A DNA stretch of 64,000 bases from Dimorphilus gyrociliatus (taxonomy: Eukaryota > Animalia > Annelida). Below the pieces are notes generated by a model, which was not told the origin of the DNA, did no database searches, and was given only the letters and a program-made list of their open reading frames with translations. Below, piece by piece: positions 1 through 13,396 of this stretch. A program made the translations under genes and the position numbers. Position 1 is the first letter of the stretch. Each line of letters starts with the position of its first letter. The stretch lies in the NCBI GenBank assembly GCA_904063045.1, contig CAJFCJ010000001.1:3286001-3350000 (forward strand), read 5' to 3'.

Positions 1-1415
1 CCAGTCAAGTATCGGCACGTCTACTTGAACGAATCGAAGGGAAATGCTGATAAATCTTTAAAAAAGAAAACCTTGTCGGTTGAAGCTAGACTTGTTCTCG
101 ATGACTTAAAACAAGACAATGTGAGAAAATGGAGTTCAGACTACAAAGATCGTAACAGGTAAGAATTCCCTCTCTGTCGGGCTAATTAGCCAATCAAAGA
201 AAACTGAATAGATTATAGATAAATGAACATTAATTAGGCCCTCTATACTATTTAGTTGGTTTTTATTTTACCTGAAAAGTCATCCGGTTCGATTGGTTCA
301 TTTATTAAGTTTAAATTAATAATATGCATAGTATTTCAAGAGAATCAAAGAGAAAGAAGAAAGCAAAATGAACTTGTACACTATATATTATATATATACT
401 GTATATTGCATACTCTTACATTCAATATTTTATAGAAACCAATAAAATAGCAATAGTTTTAAACGTATATTTAGTAAAGTTTGAATCCAGGGCAAGTAGG
501 ATTAACTTGCGATTTTTTTACATTAACAAAACGATCTTATCATTTAAATACATTATTGTCAATCTTTATTATGAGAGATTTATTTTCAATCGGCTCTTTT
601 TTTTTTCTTTTTCGCCAACCTAATCTATTTTCTAATGTATTCTTATCACAAAGAGAATATACTATTTTCTTTTATTAATATGATTGTTATTAGCCGTTTA
701 TAATTTTAATAAGAATGGGTGAAAAGAGCTATAAAATTTCTATTTAAACATATATATTTATAAATAAATACATACAGACGTAAGCCTATATAAGGGGCTC
801 TCTTGTTTTAAGACTAATCGACGTCTATAAGAAAATATGAAGAAATTAATTATCTATCTTTTTAGTCTATAAACAATAATTTATACGAAATGAGAGCTTT
901 TTTCTCCTCTTCGTCTTTATATTGTTTCAGTAATTATTTAGTGACTTTTAATTAATACAGTAAAACAATTGCGTATGAAAAGTTTATTAATAAATAGACA
1001 GACAGGTAGAACAGTTTTACAAATCTATATTCAATTCGTATCTATCGTTCTCTTCAGATCAAACAGAGTGAGACAGGAGGAGGATGGTAAGAGGTTTAAA
1101 AGTAGAGAAATTCGTAATGGAATCGTTGATGGTGCTTGTAACTCTACTTGCGGACTGGATGAACAATCACTTCCTATCAATAACGAATACAACCAACAAC
1201 AATTAGCTTATTCAAACTTAAAAAGAGAAAAATCATTCCAAATTACTCCAATTGGCTATGATTGTCGTTATGTTCAAGAAAAACGGGTAGAAGTGAATGC
1301 AGAAGAACCAACTGGTTATGAAAAACAAGTAGCGATATCCAAATGCAATAAATGGTTAAATAATTACGTAACGGGAAATTCAAAACGAAAGATTAGTCGT
1401 ACTGAGAGACAGTAG
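1..1415 (+). CDS. 3' end of a spliced gene of unknown function (exons <1-158 and 1058-1415)
   Basis: Frame 1 is open from base 1 (PVKYRHVYLNESKG...DYKDRN) to an AG|GTAAG donor at 159. The TTCAG acceptor at 1057 is phase-compatible (AG+A = Arg) and continues into the 969-1415 ORF (SNRVRQEEDG...RTERQ*). No domain recognised. Confidence 0.6.
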
Positions 1416-2402
1416 CAAATATTTGCATAATTATCTCTCTTCATTCATTTATTAAGTAATTAATATATTTTTGCTTTTATAGGTAATATTACTATTTATT
1501 CTACTTTTGAATATCTAGTTCAATAAACTTGATAATACCATCATTACAATCTACTCTTTTCTTTTCTTTTCTTTTTACACAGTCCTACTCTTTTAGCAAT
1601 ATTCTATAAACATTGCAAGTTCTCTTCTCCTTTAATTACTTTATTTCGTTACGTTGAATGTTTGTTCAAACAATTCAAGCCTATAATCTATTCTTGATCA
1701 GAAATATGAAGAATGTCGGGATAGATTGATCTACACTTAATACGAATATACAACACAATTAAAATTCTGTCATACTCTCTGCTTGCTATAATCAATATTA
1801 ACGTTTGAGAGCAATCTGTAAACATATATAGTCTACCTTCACGTATTAATTGAACAATAAGTAAAAACTATTCAAATCGTTTACTTACTCTTATCGATCT
1901 TGTTTGCTTCTTGTACTGTTCCTTTTTTGAATTAATTTAGTCCTATATTTAGCTCATTTTATATACGATTATATATATAATTGTGTGCTTTATCTTATAT
2001 CCTTTCAATAGGCTTATTCTCTAAATAGGACAATTCATTTGACACTCTTATCAGACTACCCTCGCTTCGACAGTTTATTAATCTTAATCACTTTGACTCG
2101 ATTGTTGTAGGGATCGCTGTCTCTTTTTGTTCTTTTTCAGCTCCAAGTAATATTTGTAGCTATTTATAAAAATAAACAGGGAATACTGACTCTCTAATAT
2201 TTAATTGAAGTCATATTTCTATTTCCTTTTTTTTGCAGTTCATTACCCCCCTCCCGCCGCCTTCCTCTCCCCTCCCCCATCCCGTACTATTAGTTAACAC
2301 GTGATAAGATAATAGGTTAAAATTACTGCCCATTACGTTATAGTATAATTACTTCTATGAAAATTACATGTGTATTGTCTCTTCTCTGTCTGTTCAATAA
2401 AC

Positions 2403-5400
2403 ATGACAAATATAGAGATGACAACTAAAGAGTTTAGCAATATTTCTATTAAAGATACCAATTCGACGGCGAAAGCTTCAAATGTTTTTAATTTAGCTTC
2501 CGAAGGTCAAATTGATCAATTGAAACATCTCTCCAGACAGGAACTGCACAAACGTGACGAAAATGGTGCCAGTGTTTTACTATACGCTGCAAAAAATATG
2601 CATGTAGAAGTTATAAAAATGCTTATGGAATTGAGTCCTAGTCTGTTCTTTACAAATGATAACAGAGGGCAAAATGCGCTTCACTACGCCGCAAAGAATA
2701 CAAAACTTAATGATATAGACAGAATTCTATCGTTCATTAACATCTGTACGAAATTCGATGAAAATTGCCTAAAAGTTCAAGATGAGATCGGTCTAACTCC
2801 ACTACATGTGGCAGTAAGTAGAAACAATGAAGAATTTGTTAAAAGCTTAATGAAGTATAAAAGTTACTTGAACATTGAGGCTGTCGATAATTTCGGATCG
2901 ACTGCTCTTATTGAAAGCGTCAAATGTGGTTGGACAAATATATGCAGGTAAGTGAAAAACTACTCCTATGACAAGCCTATTAGCTTATATACACAATATA
3001 TATAAAGTAGACAAAGATAGATACTACTACCGTATTATTATATATACTGTTTAAAAAAAATACATTTAACCATTCCACTAGATGTCTCTAGCGTTTGTTA
3101 AACTTATAAATACTTTAAGCAATTTAAAACTTTTCATATTCATCTACTTATAGTTATAATGTAATTAATTAATAAATTAATGATAATAAGAACTCTAGGA
3201 CACAGCGATTAATGGCTTTCTCTTTTAAGTATGCTAATAGATAATGATGCAAATGTTGAAGCAAAAGACAACGAAGGTACAACTTCACTGCACGTAGCTC
3301 TTTCTACAAATTGGAATGGCGGTAAATCAAGACTACAAATGTCCTTTCTGAAGCGGTTGTGCGCAGCGTCTAAAAATAAAACTACCTTTGTCAACGTTCG
3401 GAATAGTTTGGGAAAAACTGCGTTACATCTAGCTTTTGAACACTTTCCTTATATTCCATTACCTGCTGTTGTACGCGAATTAATTAAGTACGGAGCAAAT
3501 GTGAACATTCTGTGTAGTCATTTCAAGACGGTTACGTCTGCTTTGCATATTGCCTGTGCTAAGACCCTTAATGATGTAAAAGTTCAAGACGCTTATAAAA
3601 AGGCAGCAGAGGTGTTGATAAAAACTGGAACCTTCGTAAACTTAGAAGATTCTCAAATGAATTCCCCATTGCATCTTGTTGCCGATTCAAAGAACGGAGT
3701 TTTGGCAGAATATCTAATAGATTTAGAAGGTTTTAAATCTCTTAATAGTTTTGTTTTTAGAAGTTTAATATACTGTTTATACATTTATATATATAAACTA
3801 TACAAGTGTTTATTTACTTTTATATAGAAATAGATCTAAAAGTAACTGATGCAGACTTTAGGACTCCTCTTCTAAGAGCATCCGCTTCCGGTCATGACCG
3901 GATGATAGTAAAAATTCTCTCTAAGAGTGTCCAATTCCTCAAAGACCGAGACAAATTCGGAAGAAATCCATTGCATTTATCTTGCGAAAATGGCCATTTA
4001 TCAACAACCCAACTCCTTTTCGAATGTTTAAAGAATCATAGCATGGAAATGGAACTAACAAGCGTTGATAAATTCGGAAGAAACTGCCTTCTCACTGCTG
4101 CCAAAAATGGCCATCTAGAAATTGTCAATTTTCTAGCTAAAGTTTCCGGTTAGGAGAATTTCTTTTAATCAATTTATTCAATGTCTTAATTAGAATTCTT
4201 CTTCTATACATTTATCCTAGATCTAAAATTAGATGTAAGTCAACAAGACGAACAGTTAAATACTGCTCTACACCATGCAGCTCTTAACAACCATTTAAAT
4301 ATTTGTAGCGAATATTCAATCTCTTGTTATCATAAGAATGAAGATTTTGATACTCCATTGCATATAGCTTGCGCAAAAGGTCATTTGGAAATTGTAAAGA
4401 CGTTTTTAAATCAATGTCCACTAATTGTGAATGATAGAAATTTTGATGGATGGTCACCTCTACACTTTGCAGCGTCTAATGGCTTTAGCGATATTGTTGA
4501 ACTGTTGATCGACAGCAATGCTGATGTTAATATAAAGGAAAAACTAGGATTAAAAACTCCATTACATATAGCGTGCGAAAAGGGAAGAATAGAGGTTTCT
4601 TGCATTCTTGTGTCAAACAGCTCCGCATTTTCCTTTTATCTATACATTACTTATTATTTCATTTCTTTTATCTCTCTCTCTCTCTCTCTCACACTCTCTT
4701 CTCTTATTCTCAATCTCGTGCTCTGTCTCACCTCTCCTCTCAGCTATGTTCTTTATTATGAATTTTAATAGAGCTAATTTTCTTCGACTATTCCTAATCC
4801 AGGTAGTCGAATGCCTCTTGCAGCGAGGTGCCGAAGCCGATGCAAAAGACTCGAAGGGAGACAATTGTCTAGATTATTGCTATAAAAACAACTACGAGTC
4901 TTGCGCCATTTTGATAGTCAACTCAAAAAATTGGCGCAAGTCGATAAGGTCAATGAAAAATTTAATTGAATATATGCCCAACGTAGCGGAATTAGTATTA
5001 AATCAATGTATAACGATTGAAGTTTATAAGGATGACGATAGTCAGTTGAGAAACAAGAAATTCATAGAGTTTGATTACGAATTAATAAATAAAGATAAAA
5101 AGAAATTAGATCATCCTTTATACGCTATTGCTAAATCGGAAAACGAAACGTTACTAAATCATCCTCTCGTTCTGGCACTACTAAGGAAAAAGTGGTTTCT
5201 TTCGGCTTTCTTCTATTTTACCTTTCTCATTAATTATACGTTATTTCTCTTATGCTATAATGTGGTTTTATTAAAGCAAGAAAGAGGATTTGGAAGTTTC
5301 TGGAAATTGTCTTTGCTGATACTAGCATCTCTTGGTTTCTTCTTTGAAATAATACAAATCATTGTCAACATAATACAGAGAGAGAATTATTTCAAATTTG

Positions 5401-6372
5401 AAAACGCTTTGGACGTGCTAACTTACACGGCGTCACTTTTTGTATATTTTGATCTAATAATATTCGAAATTGGTTCTATAGGAGTTCTATTAGCTTGGAT
5501 AAATTTGATTTTATACTTGAGAAAATTCTCTTCAGTTGGAATTTACGTTGCCATGATAATAGAAATTTTTAAATCATTCGTTAATTTTGTTTTCGTATTT
5601 CTACTTTTTGTTCTGGCCTTCTCATGTACATTTCAAATTGTTTTCCATAGAACTGACCTATTTAAACAATTTTCAACATCAATTCTAAAAGTAGACATTA
5701 TATCATTTTCTTGTTTTATCTCATTTTCCCTCTCCTCTGTCACACTAATACCTATTGTAATGAGAGATACATATAGATTAAATAATTATTATAAGGATAA
5801 CAATAAAATGATATATTATAGACTTCTGTAATGATGATCGGAGAGATGGATTTTGGCGATTTATTCGAAATGGAGTCTCACAGGAATTTCACATCTTATA
5901 TAATATTTGTCATCTTTCTCATTTTAATGGCAATTATTGTAATGAATTTATTAACTGGTTTAGCGGTAGATGACGTTAATGCTCTTAGGAAGAAAGCTGT
6001 AGCTAGAAAATTAAGCTTACAAATCGATTTAGCTTTAGGTATAGAGGAAAGTCTACCAAAGTTTATAAAGAAGAAACAGCAAATAAAGAGCGAAAGATTC
6101 TTTTTCGATCGGAAAGAAACTTGGTATATGAACCATAAATTCTTAATATTCATATAAAATATTAAAAAAGACATTTTCCTTTTTTATTCATTAGGTCTAC
6201 TAAGCTATTCGATGGGCTATCAGGTTTAAAAGGAATAATAAATGCAGGGAAAGAATTATGTAGAAAAGGTTATTTATTGTCTTGTTACTCCTAGCTAATG
6301 GCGAATAGTTTGTATATATTATTAAAGAAAAGAGATGTATCTCTCTTCTTCATAATTTCATTAGGTGCATAG
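2403..6372 (+). CDS. TRPA1: TRPA-family ankyrin-repeat cation channel (~1000 aa; exons ~2403-2948, 3230-3729, 3828-4148, 4220-4593, 4803-5689, 5822-6122, 6195-6268, short terminal exon)
   Basis: Many ankyrin repeats (TPLHVAV, TALHLA, SPLHLVA, NPLHLSC, SPLHFAA, TPLHIAC). These are followed by six TM helices, the pore motif ILK|TSVMMIGEMDF, S6 IIVMNLLTGLAVDD and a TRP-like helix. Splice junctions are phase-compatible GT-AG; the exact 3' end is uncertain. TRPA family is secure, TRPA1 orthology is not. Confidence 0.9.
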
Positions 6373-6768
6373 AGACTTTTTAATTTTTATGAAAGAATTG
6401 AGGGCAAAGAGTAGCACATTATATATATATATATATACTGTATATTTATATATATATATAATTATATAATTGTATATAAAAGTCTTCTGCAGGAAGTTGT
6501 GTGTATTAAAAACTAAAAGACCCAAACACGAAAAGTGAGAACATTTCTATCAGCTAAAAACAAATTTTTTCCGTCCTACTCCAAGCAAAATTCTAATTTG
6601 AACTTCACTGCAGGATGCAAAATATTTCATATTTTATAGTTATTTTCCTTTTTTTTTGCTAGGTTTTCATTTTCTTTAAATTTCCATTTTTTCATATTTT
6701 AAAATAATGTATATATTAATGTTTCTTATCTTCTCTTTTTTCCTTTTTTTCCAATTGTAGTGGACGGA

Positions 6769-9700
6769 TCAGGATGACGAAGCTTCACCTTCTTGATTAT
6801 TAGTAGTAGTACTAGTAGTATTCGGCTTATTTTCCAGAAAATCATTTAAAACATCCCGAAAACTCTCCCAACTTGATTCTGGGATCGTTATAGCTGTTCT
6901 CAAATTTCGTCGAACTTCAGAAATACGCATAAAAGTACCACGCTTGTTCTGACCAACGTCAAAGTAGAACATCTTGTTATCCGCTCTAATTTGACGAGCT
7001 TGGGGAAGATCAGCTTCTTTTCCATTTTTGCTCTCTGCAAAAAACGATTATGTATTAATAATTTATTAATAATGAAATGGTATCAACATTTTTCTAAATT
7101 ATAATTTATACTATAGATGGCAGCATTTTGTGCTTTTTACTTGAATTCCAAATAAAATATTTAGACTGTAAGTAGGCCTGGGAAAAAATTCAAGGACTTT
7201 TTAAGAAGAGCTGTAATAGTAGGCTCAAACGAAGAGGCCAATTTCTGCGTTATTTTCTCTCTTTATGACTATTTTGGGGCGGGGAGTAAAGGGTGAAAAA
7301 GACAGCCAGAGTTAAAAAGCTATTTAAAGAGAACTACATATTAAAAAGACATCAAATAGTAGTCTTATACAAATGATAATCTTTCAGGTCTAAAATACTC
7401 TGATTTCTTTTTATGAAGTTGTTGTAAAATCTAATTTATGTTCATATTTCAAACTCTAGAAAAAGAGAATGAAAGAGAGAGAGAGAGAGAGAGAGACAAA
7501 GACAGAGAAAGAAAAAAGATTGTATATAGTACGACAATTCTTTTCTTATGAAATCATAGACTGTTTATTTCATCTCTCCCAGTAATCATTTATTCGTTGA
7601 CTTCTTATAAACGTGTCCATAAGAAAAGAAGGAAGTAAACAAATATAATCTTAGAAAAGATAATATGTACATTTAAAAATCAATACATTTTGCGTTGCAA
7701 TTTTACATTATATATATACGGTATAAACTTTAGCTAGTTTCTAATATAGGCTTCTATTTTTTATTTAGTAATCTACCCTTTTAAATCCAATTTATTGTTA
7801 TTTTTTTTCACAGTTAGTCAATAAATGTAATTGCTTGAGTGTAGAAACTGGGCTGCTTCTAACAAATAATTCATTAATATATATGCATAGCTATGATAAA
7901 ATATTTTCTCTCTCCTTTCATTTTTTCTTTTTACAAACTTTTATAAAACTACAAAACTACTCTACTTTATTATCTTTCTCTCTGAGAGCCGGCTCTCTCG
8001 CTTACCATAGCTATCTTAATGTTGCTATTGCTTTCGATATACCATACGGATACTTTCACGAATTATATATGAACTAGATACTTGGCTTAACAGTCTCTTT
8101 TCAATTTTTACAGACTTTACCTCTTCTCTATTATAATATTTCTTTTAAGTATGTTTTCTATTATATAAATTAATATTTAACCCGAAAAAACAGGAAATTT
8201 AATCATTCAAACTCCTTAATATTGACACTGATGGTTTGAAGTCAAACTGTGAGGGAAACGATTCGGCTATTTACATAAATGATTTTTTTTTGCTATGAGT
8301 ATGCATGAAAATGAATGAAATTCGTTTATGTATATATAGTATATTCATAGAGTGTTCAGGGAGGGGGCCGCAGTGGAAATAGTGTGAAAAGAGATTATAA
8401 AATTTATCAAGGTGAAATGTTCTAGGAAGAGGAAAGTGAAGGAGGAAGAGACAGCTTTAGCACAGGCTGTGAAACAAAAATCAATACATTCTTCTTAACA
8501 AAATATCCACTACTCTTTTCTTTTCCCTCCTTCCCATTCTCTCTTCCATTCCCCCATTATATACTATGTTACGATACTCGCAATAAAAACATTACAGATC
8601 AGCCATACTATCGACCTAAGTTATTTAAGGAGGCGGCATAGTGAAGAAAGAAATACAAAAGAAGAGAGAAAGAAAAAAAAAGAGATGTTAGTAAATGATA
8701 TATTCTAGATCATTATAGGCCAAATGGACAGAGTTTTCTACAACAAATGAATAATTCGTGACACAGAAGGAAAAAGAGTGTGAAATTTAATTGAATTTTT
8801 TCCTGGTCAGAATAAAAAGATGCTGAAAAACAATTTACTTAAAATTCAATTGGTTTATCATATTAATTATCCATTCCTCCTACTCTATCTATAGTCTCTT
8901 TTGTAATGTTATTCATCCTAATATCATCGAAACAACTGAACTTAACTTAAACAGTAAACAAAAAGAGACTAGTATTACATTTTACATAAGTTTATTTAAC
9001 TATACTATCATCATTTGCATCACCAATTAGAAACAAAGCTATGAGGAGTAAAGAGGATTAACGAACAAAAGTAATCAATGTCTAATTTAATATTAAATAC
9101 TCTTTTTCGCTGAATTACTACGATAATAAGAAATTAGAGTAAACATCACGTAGTAGGAGCATGTTGTATTAATAGCTGCCTAATTAATACTATACTTTTA
9201 GAATTTTTAATGTTGCTATATTTATCCTCCCTATCTTTCAATCTATCTCTCTATTCCTATTTTCATCTCTATCTTAATATCTTACTTACATTTTTAACTA
9301 TAGGCTTAGAGGAAACAATTGTCTTTTTCTTCCTATTTGGTATTTTTTCTCTATTCTTACAATAACATTTGGGTTTTTTCGTCGTCTTAATTTACATATC
9401 CCAATGTGTTATTTCCGTACATTATGGAGAGCAGTTTGAAGAAAATTTTACTCTTTCATAACCTTTTAATAGAATTAAGAAACATAGTATTTTTTTTCTT
9501 TCCCCTAGGCTTACAACATGTACCAGATGTTCTTGACACAATTTGATCCATACGGTACACGAATAACTGGATAAGGAAAAAAATCTCTGGTTTTTTTTTT
9601 AAAAAAACAAAGGATTACTTATTGTAATCGTAAAATTTGTTCTCTTTTTTTGTAATACTATGATTATAACAATTATTAGATAACATTAATAGCTGATTTA

Positions 9701-12700
9701 AACATATTAGTGTCGTCATTAAACTAAACTAACTACTTAAAAAACTATGGTAATTTTTTGCTTCATTAATTATTCCATCTCTCTCAAATGTCATAGCCTT
9801 AAGGAAAATCTCACTCATTAGGTGCACAATATATTCAGAATAGTTTTTAGGGGCTAACCAATTGACGTAATAACCCGTCAGCCGTTGGTATTTTGTTATT
9901 ATTAAATATAAAAGCATTAGAATTGATTGAAAATTGACACCTTTGTTTTATATACGGAGAATTTTACTATATTACTATTTGTTGCATTGATTTGCCTAAA
10001 GAGGGAAATGGAAAAAAACTGAAAAGAAGAGCGTTATATACGAAAAAGAATTTCAATAAGAATATACTTTATATTCCCTTTTATAATCATCTGGTTGCCG
10101 TGATAAAAAGAGAGAAAAACAGTTTTTTCAATCTATTTAAAAGGAATAGAGGGAGAGGGAGGTTAGAGGTTCATTCTCTTACAAAAATGTTCTCCTCTTT
10201 TTTTCTTTCCCTTTCTCTCTTTCTTTTCTCTCTTTCTTTTTATTATCATCTTTTCCCTCAGTACTCGCGTGTTCTCACCATTAACCTTCTATATAAAACC
10301 TTATTTACTAATTAAGTTAATAATACTCCGTAATTGGACCACAATGATCAATTAATTTCTGATTATATAAGTAAAGAAGAAAAGATCAAGTCAGCAATCT
10401 TCCATCTTATTCTTATTTTTTTGTTTCACATATTACTATGACATTTTCAGTGTAGCTCATCATTTTATACATGTCTATATTCATATGAGGTGATGACTAG
10501 CAAAATATTGTATACCCGTATACTTGGTATATAAATTAAAATGACCTACCCATATCATCAGTTCCAAATTCTTTCAGAAGATCAGTCAGACTATCTCGAA
10601 ATTCGACCATACCTTGAGCCGGGATTGCAATTTGAGATCTAAAGTTCGATATAGGAACAGTTTGCGAAACTCTTAGGAATCGACCTCTAGCGTTCTCTTT
10701 TAAATCCAAATAGTACCGGCGATTATCCTTAATCATGGACTCACTTTTAATCTTTACATCTTCCGTTCCACTTGCATTAGCGTTAGCTGGTCCTAAAGAA
10801 CTGTAGATTTCAATAAACTCTGTCAAGTGGTCCCGAAATTCACCGGCCGTAGACATTGGGAGTAAAAGCCTATTCTTTCGGTTTAGTCGAGATGCTTTCT
10901 CTCCAGATAACATCATCTAAATATATAAAATAGTCAATTTATCATTACGTAATCATAAAGAATATGTATTTGGAATTGATATATTCCATGCAAATATAAA
11001 TAAAACTTAACAATCCTTTAGGGCTTTTATAATAAAAAATACTCGAAATTATAACAATACGTTTAACTGAAAATTCATATAGATCTTATGATAAACATTT
11101 CAATATTCGTCTATTATCATTCAATAGGGGTTCGATAAAAAAGAACTGAAAATATCTTACAATTTTACCTTTCCTTAGTCCTTTTACCTTCCATATAATA
11201 TCTATTCAAAATATACAAATATATAGTGTACACTGCTCCTTCAACTACTTTATCCCCATCCTAATTTGAGATCTATTCACGATATACCACTTATCTTTAA
11301 ACCAGTTTACGTATGCCGTGTATATATTTAATTAAACATCTTTCGCTATTAAAGTTTATTAACGCTTTTCTATTTATGTAAAAGATATAAGAATAAAATG
11401 ATAAATTACATTCAAAGAGAAGATTTTTACAATTGGAAACAGTGTTTTTTTGGTTAAGGGATATTTTTTTTGTTAAATATTTACCTAGTTTATACCTATA
11501 AAGTATTAAGTTAGGGCTAATCTTTAGCCAAAGACTTTTTTTATGACTGAAAGTCTTTCTTCGTTTTCGTTTCACAATTCAATTCTTAGCATTATCAATT
11601 CAGTAGTATATGCAGGTAAGAGAAGAGAAAATAGTGATAGGGGAGGAGAGTATGACATAGAGGGAGACAGAGAGAGAGAGACTATTTCCCGAACTTTACC
11701 AACAATAAGTAAGAAGTTGTTAAATATTAACCTTGCTTTAATATTTCAACTTCTTTAATATAGTAACGGAATTTAAACTAGTTCGATAAATGTATAGCAT
11801 ATGTAATTCAATAATTTAATAATCCTACCAAAGACTGCTCATAACAATGAAAAGAGAAAAGACTCATTCTTTTATTCTATTTGCACTTGGTCTATAGCTG
11901 TATAATATCTATGTAATCTTTTATTTCTTCTCTATAGGAAAATAAACTGAAGAAATTATTAAGAAACAAGGTAAATGGTTGTATGAAAACTACTTTCTTA
12001 ACACGATAACACTCGTTAATGAGGTACAAAGACTCGTGATATATAAACTAGGACAAGCATTAGCAATAGTCTACAGTTTGTTAATTATTTTACTACTCAT
12101 GAACGTTGCTTAATTAAAAATTCTAGTGATTTACTGATTGTCAAACAAAAATTTACGTTAAGATAAATAATTGTATACGCTGGTGTGATATTTTTGTTTT
12201 GAGAGAGAGAGAGAGCGAGAGAAAGACAAGGGAAGAGGAATGTGGGTAGATAAAGTAGGAAGAGAAGTAGTAATACTAGCAGGACAAGTGCGTGATGAAA
12301 AAGTAGATTAAATAAAACCTTGTTATTATTAACAAGTCAGTTTATTACAAAACGTTTTTGTTAGCAAGGTGCATTATACAACCCTGGATTTTTTTTTTAT
12401 GGTTTTATGTATATTTCAAAAGGGAGTGGATTCAGAGATTTTTTATATACTCTTTTCGTTTAAAGTGCTAGTGTCATTCGCCCTCGCTTCCTACTTCACC
12501 TATCTCTCTATCTAGATCTTTGCATGCATGCACGTGTATATATACAATATATATATATATATATACAGTATATATATATATATATATATACAGTATATAT
12601 ATATATATATATATACAGTATATATATATATATTTCTTATTCTTGTCTATTGTGTTGTTATCTCTCTCTCCTTCTTTCTTCTTCCGTTCAACCTCCCCTT

Positions 12701-13208
12701 TCTCTATAACAACTCTAATTTGTCTCTTGCTCTTTTTCTTGCCTATAGTCTATCTATCTTTCCCACCCTTTTCCTCCCATTTTTATATCTTACCGTTGAT
12801 CTATCTATCAATCTGGTTAGCGGTTTTACAGATGTCACTACCAGAAAAAACTGGTATATAAAAAATGCGCAAAAAAATGTACACAAACCGTATGATAATA
12901 GCCCTATTAAATTGTATATCACACCCTATCAGATGCCACAGACCTCTGCAATCTTGATGAATCGTCCCCTCTTATTCTGCTTGACATCTAGATAGAATCG
13001 TTTCGATTGTATATGCAGAGTTTTAGTTGCCAGCTCTTGCTCTTCTTCTGTTCCGCCGGCCTCGGCTACAAGTAGAAAGATTTCTTATAAACATGTTTAT
13101 AAAAGCTAACTGTATATATATACAACTTCAATTAAATAACTGTTAAATCAATATCTTACCTTTAGCCCCCAACCCCTGCTCTTCCAAACTCTCTCCGCCA
13201 TCAGACAT
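6769..13208 (-). CDS. PURA: Pur-alpha / PUR-repeat nucleic-acid-binding protein (267 aa; exons 13208-13160, 13065-12944, 10916-10550, 7034-6769)
   Basis: Three PUR repeats: [53 protein letters not shown] and [23 protein letters not shown]. The four exons join in frame (804 nt) with GT-AG sites. Confidence 0.95.
12530..12632. repeat. (TA)n microsatellite punctuated by CAG, in a PURA intron
   Basis: Repeated units of tatatatatatatacag; the source of the spurious YIYI ORFs. Confidence 0.9.
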
Positions 13209-13308
13209 TCTGCAATGCCGATTTTCTAAGCTGGCCTGCTACAGCAAGGTTCATGAATATTTAATCGGAACACAGAATAGCGCGCAAGATCGATAATTTA
13301 GGTTTAAT

Positions 13309-13396
13309 ACTGCCATCTAGCGTTTAGCTTTTAAATATATGTTGTACTGGTACAAAAGTTAAATGGCTTATATCGACTTTTGTCGACATCTGGTGT
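13309..13396 (-). promoter_or_regulatory. Pair of CTCF-like motifs upstream of PURA (CGCTAGATGGCAGT and ACACCAGATGTCGA on the minus strand)
   Basis: Both resemble the CTCF core CCRCYAGRKGGCR. They lie 100-190 bp upstream of the PURA ATG. Matched by eye only. Confidence 0.4.

Noticed and set aside
9505-9590. Possible plus-strand exon nested in the PURA intron (AG|GCTTACAACATG...)
   Set aside because: Good polypyrimidine acceptor, but no partner exons or recognisable product.
12520-12995. Three overlapping YIYI-rich ORFs
   Set aside because: Produced by a TA microsatellite inside a PURA intron.
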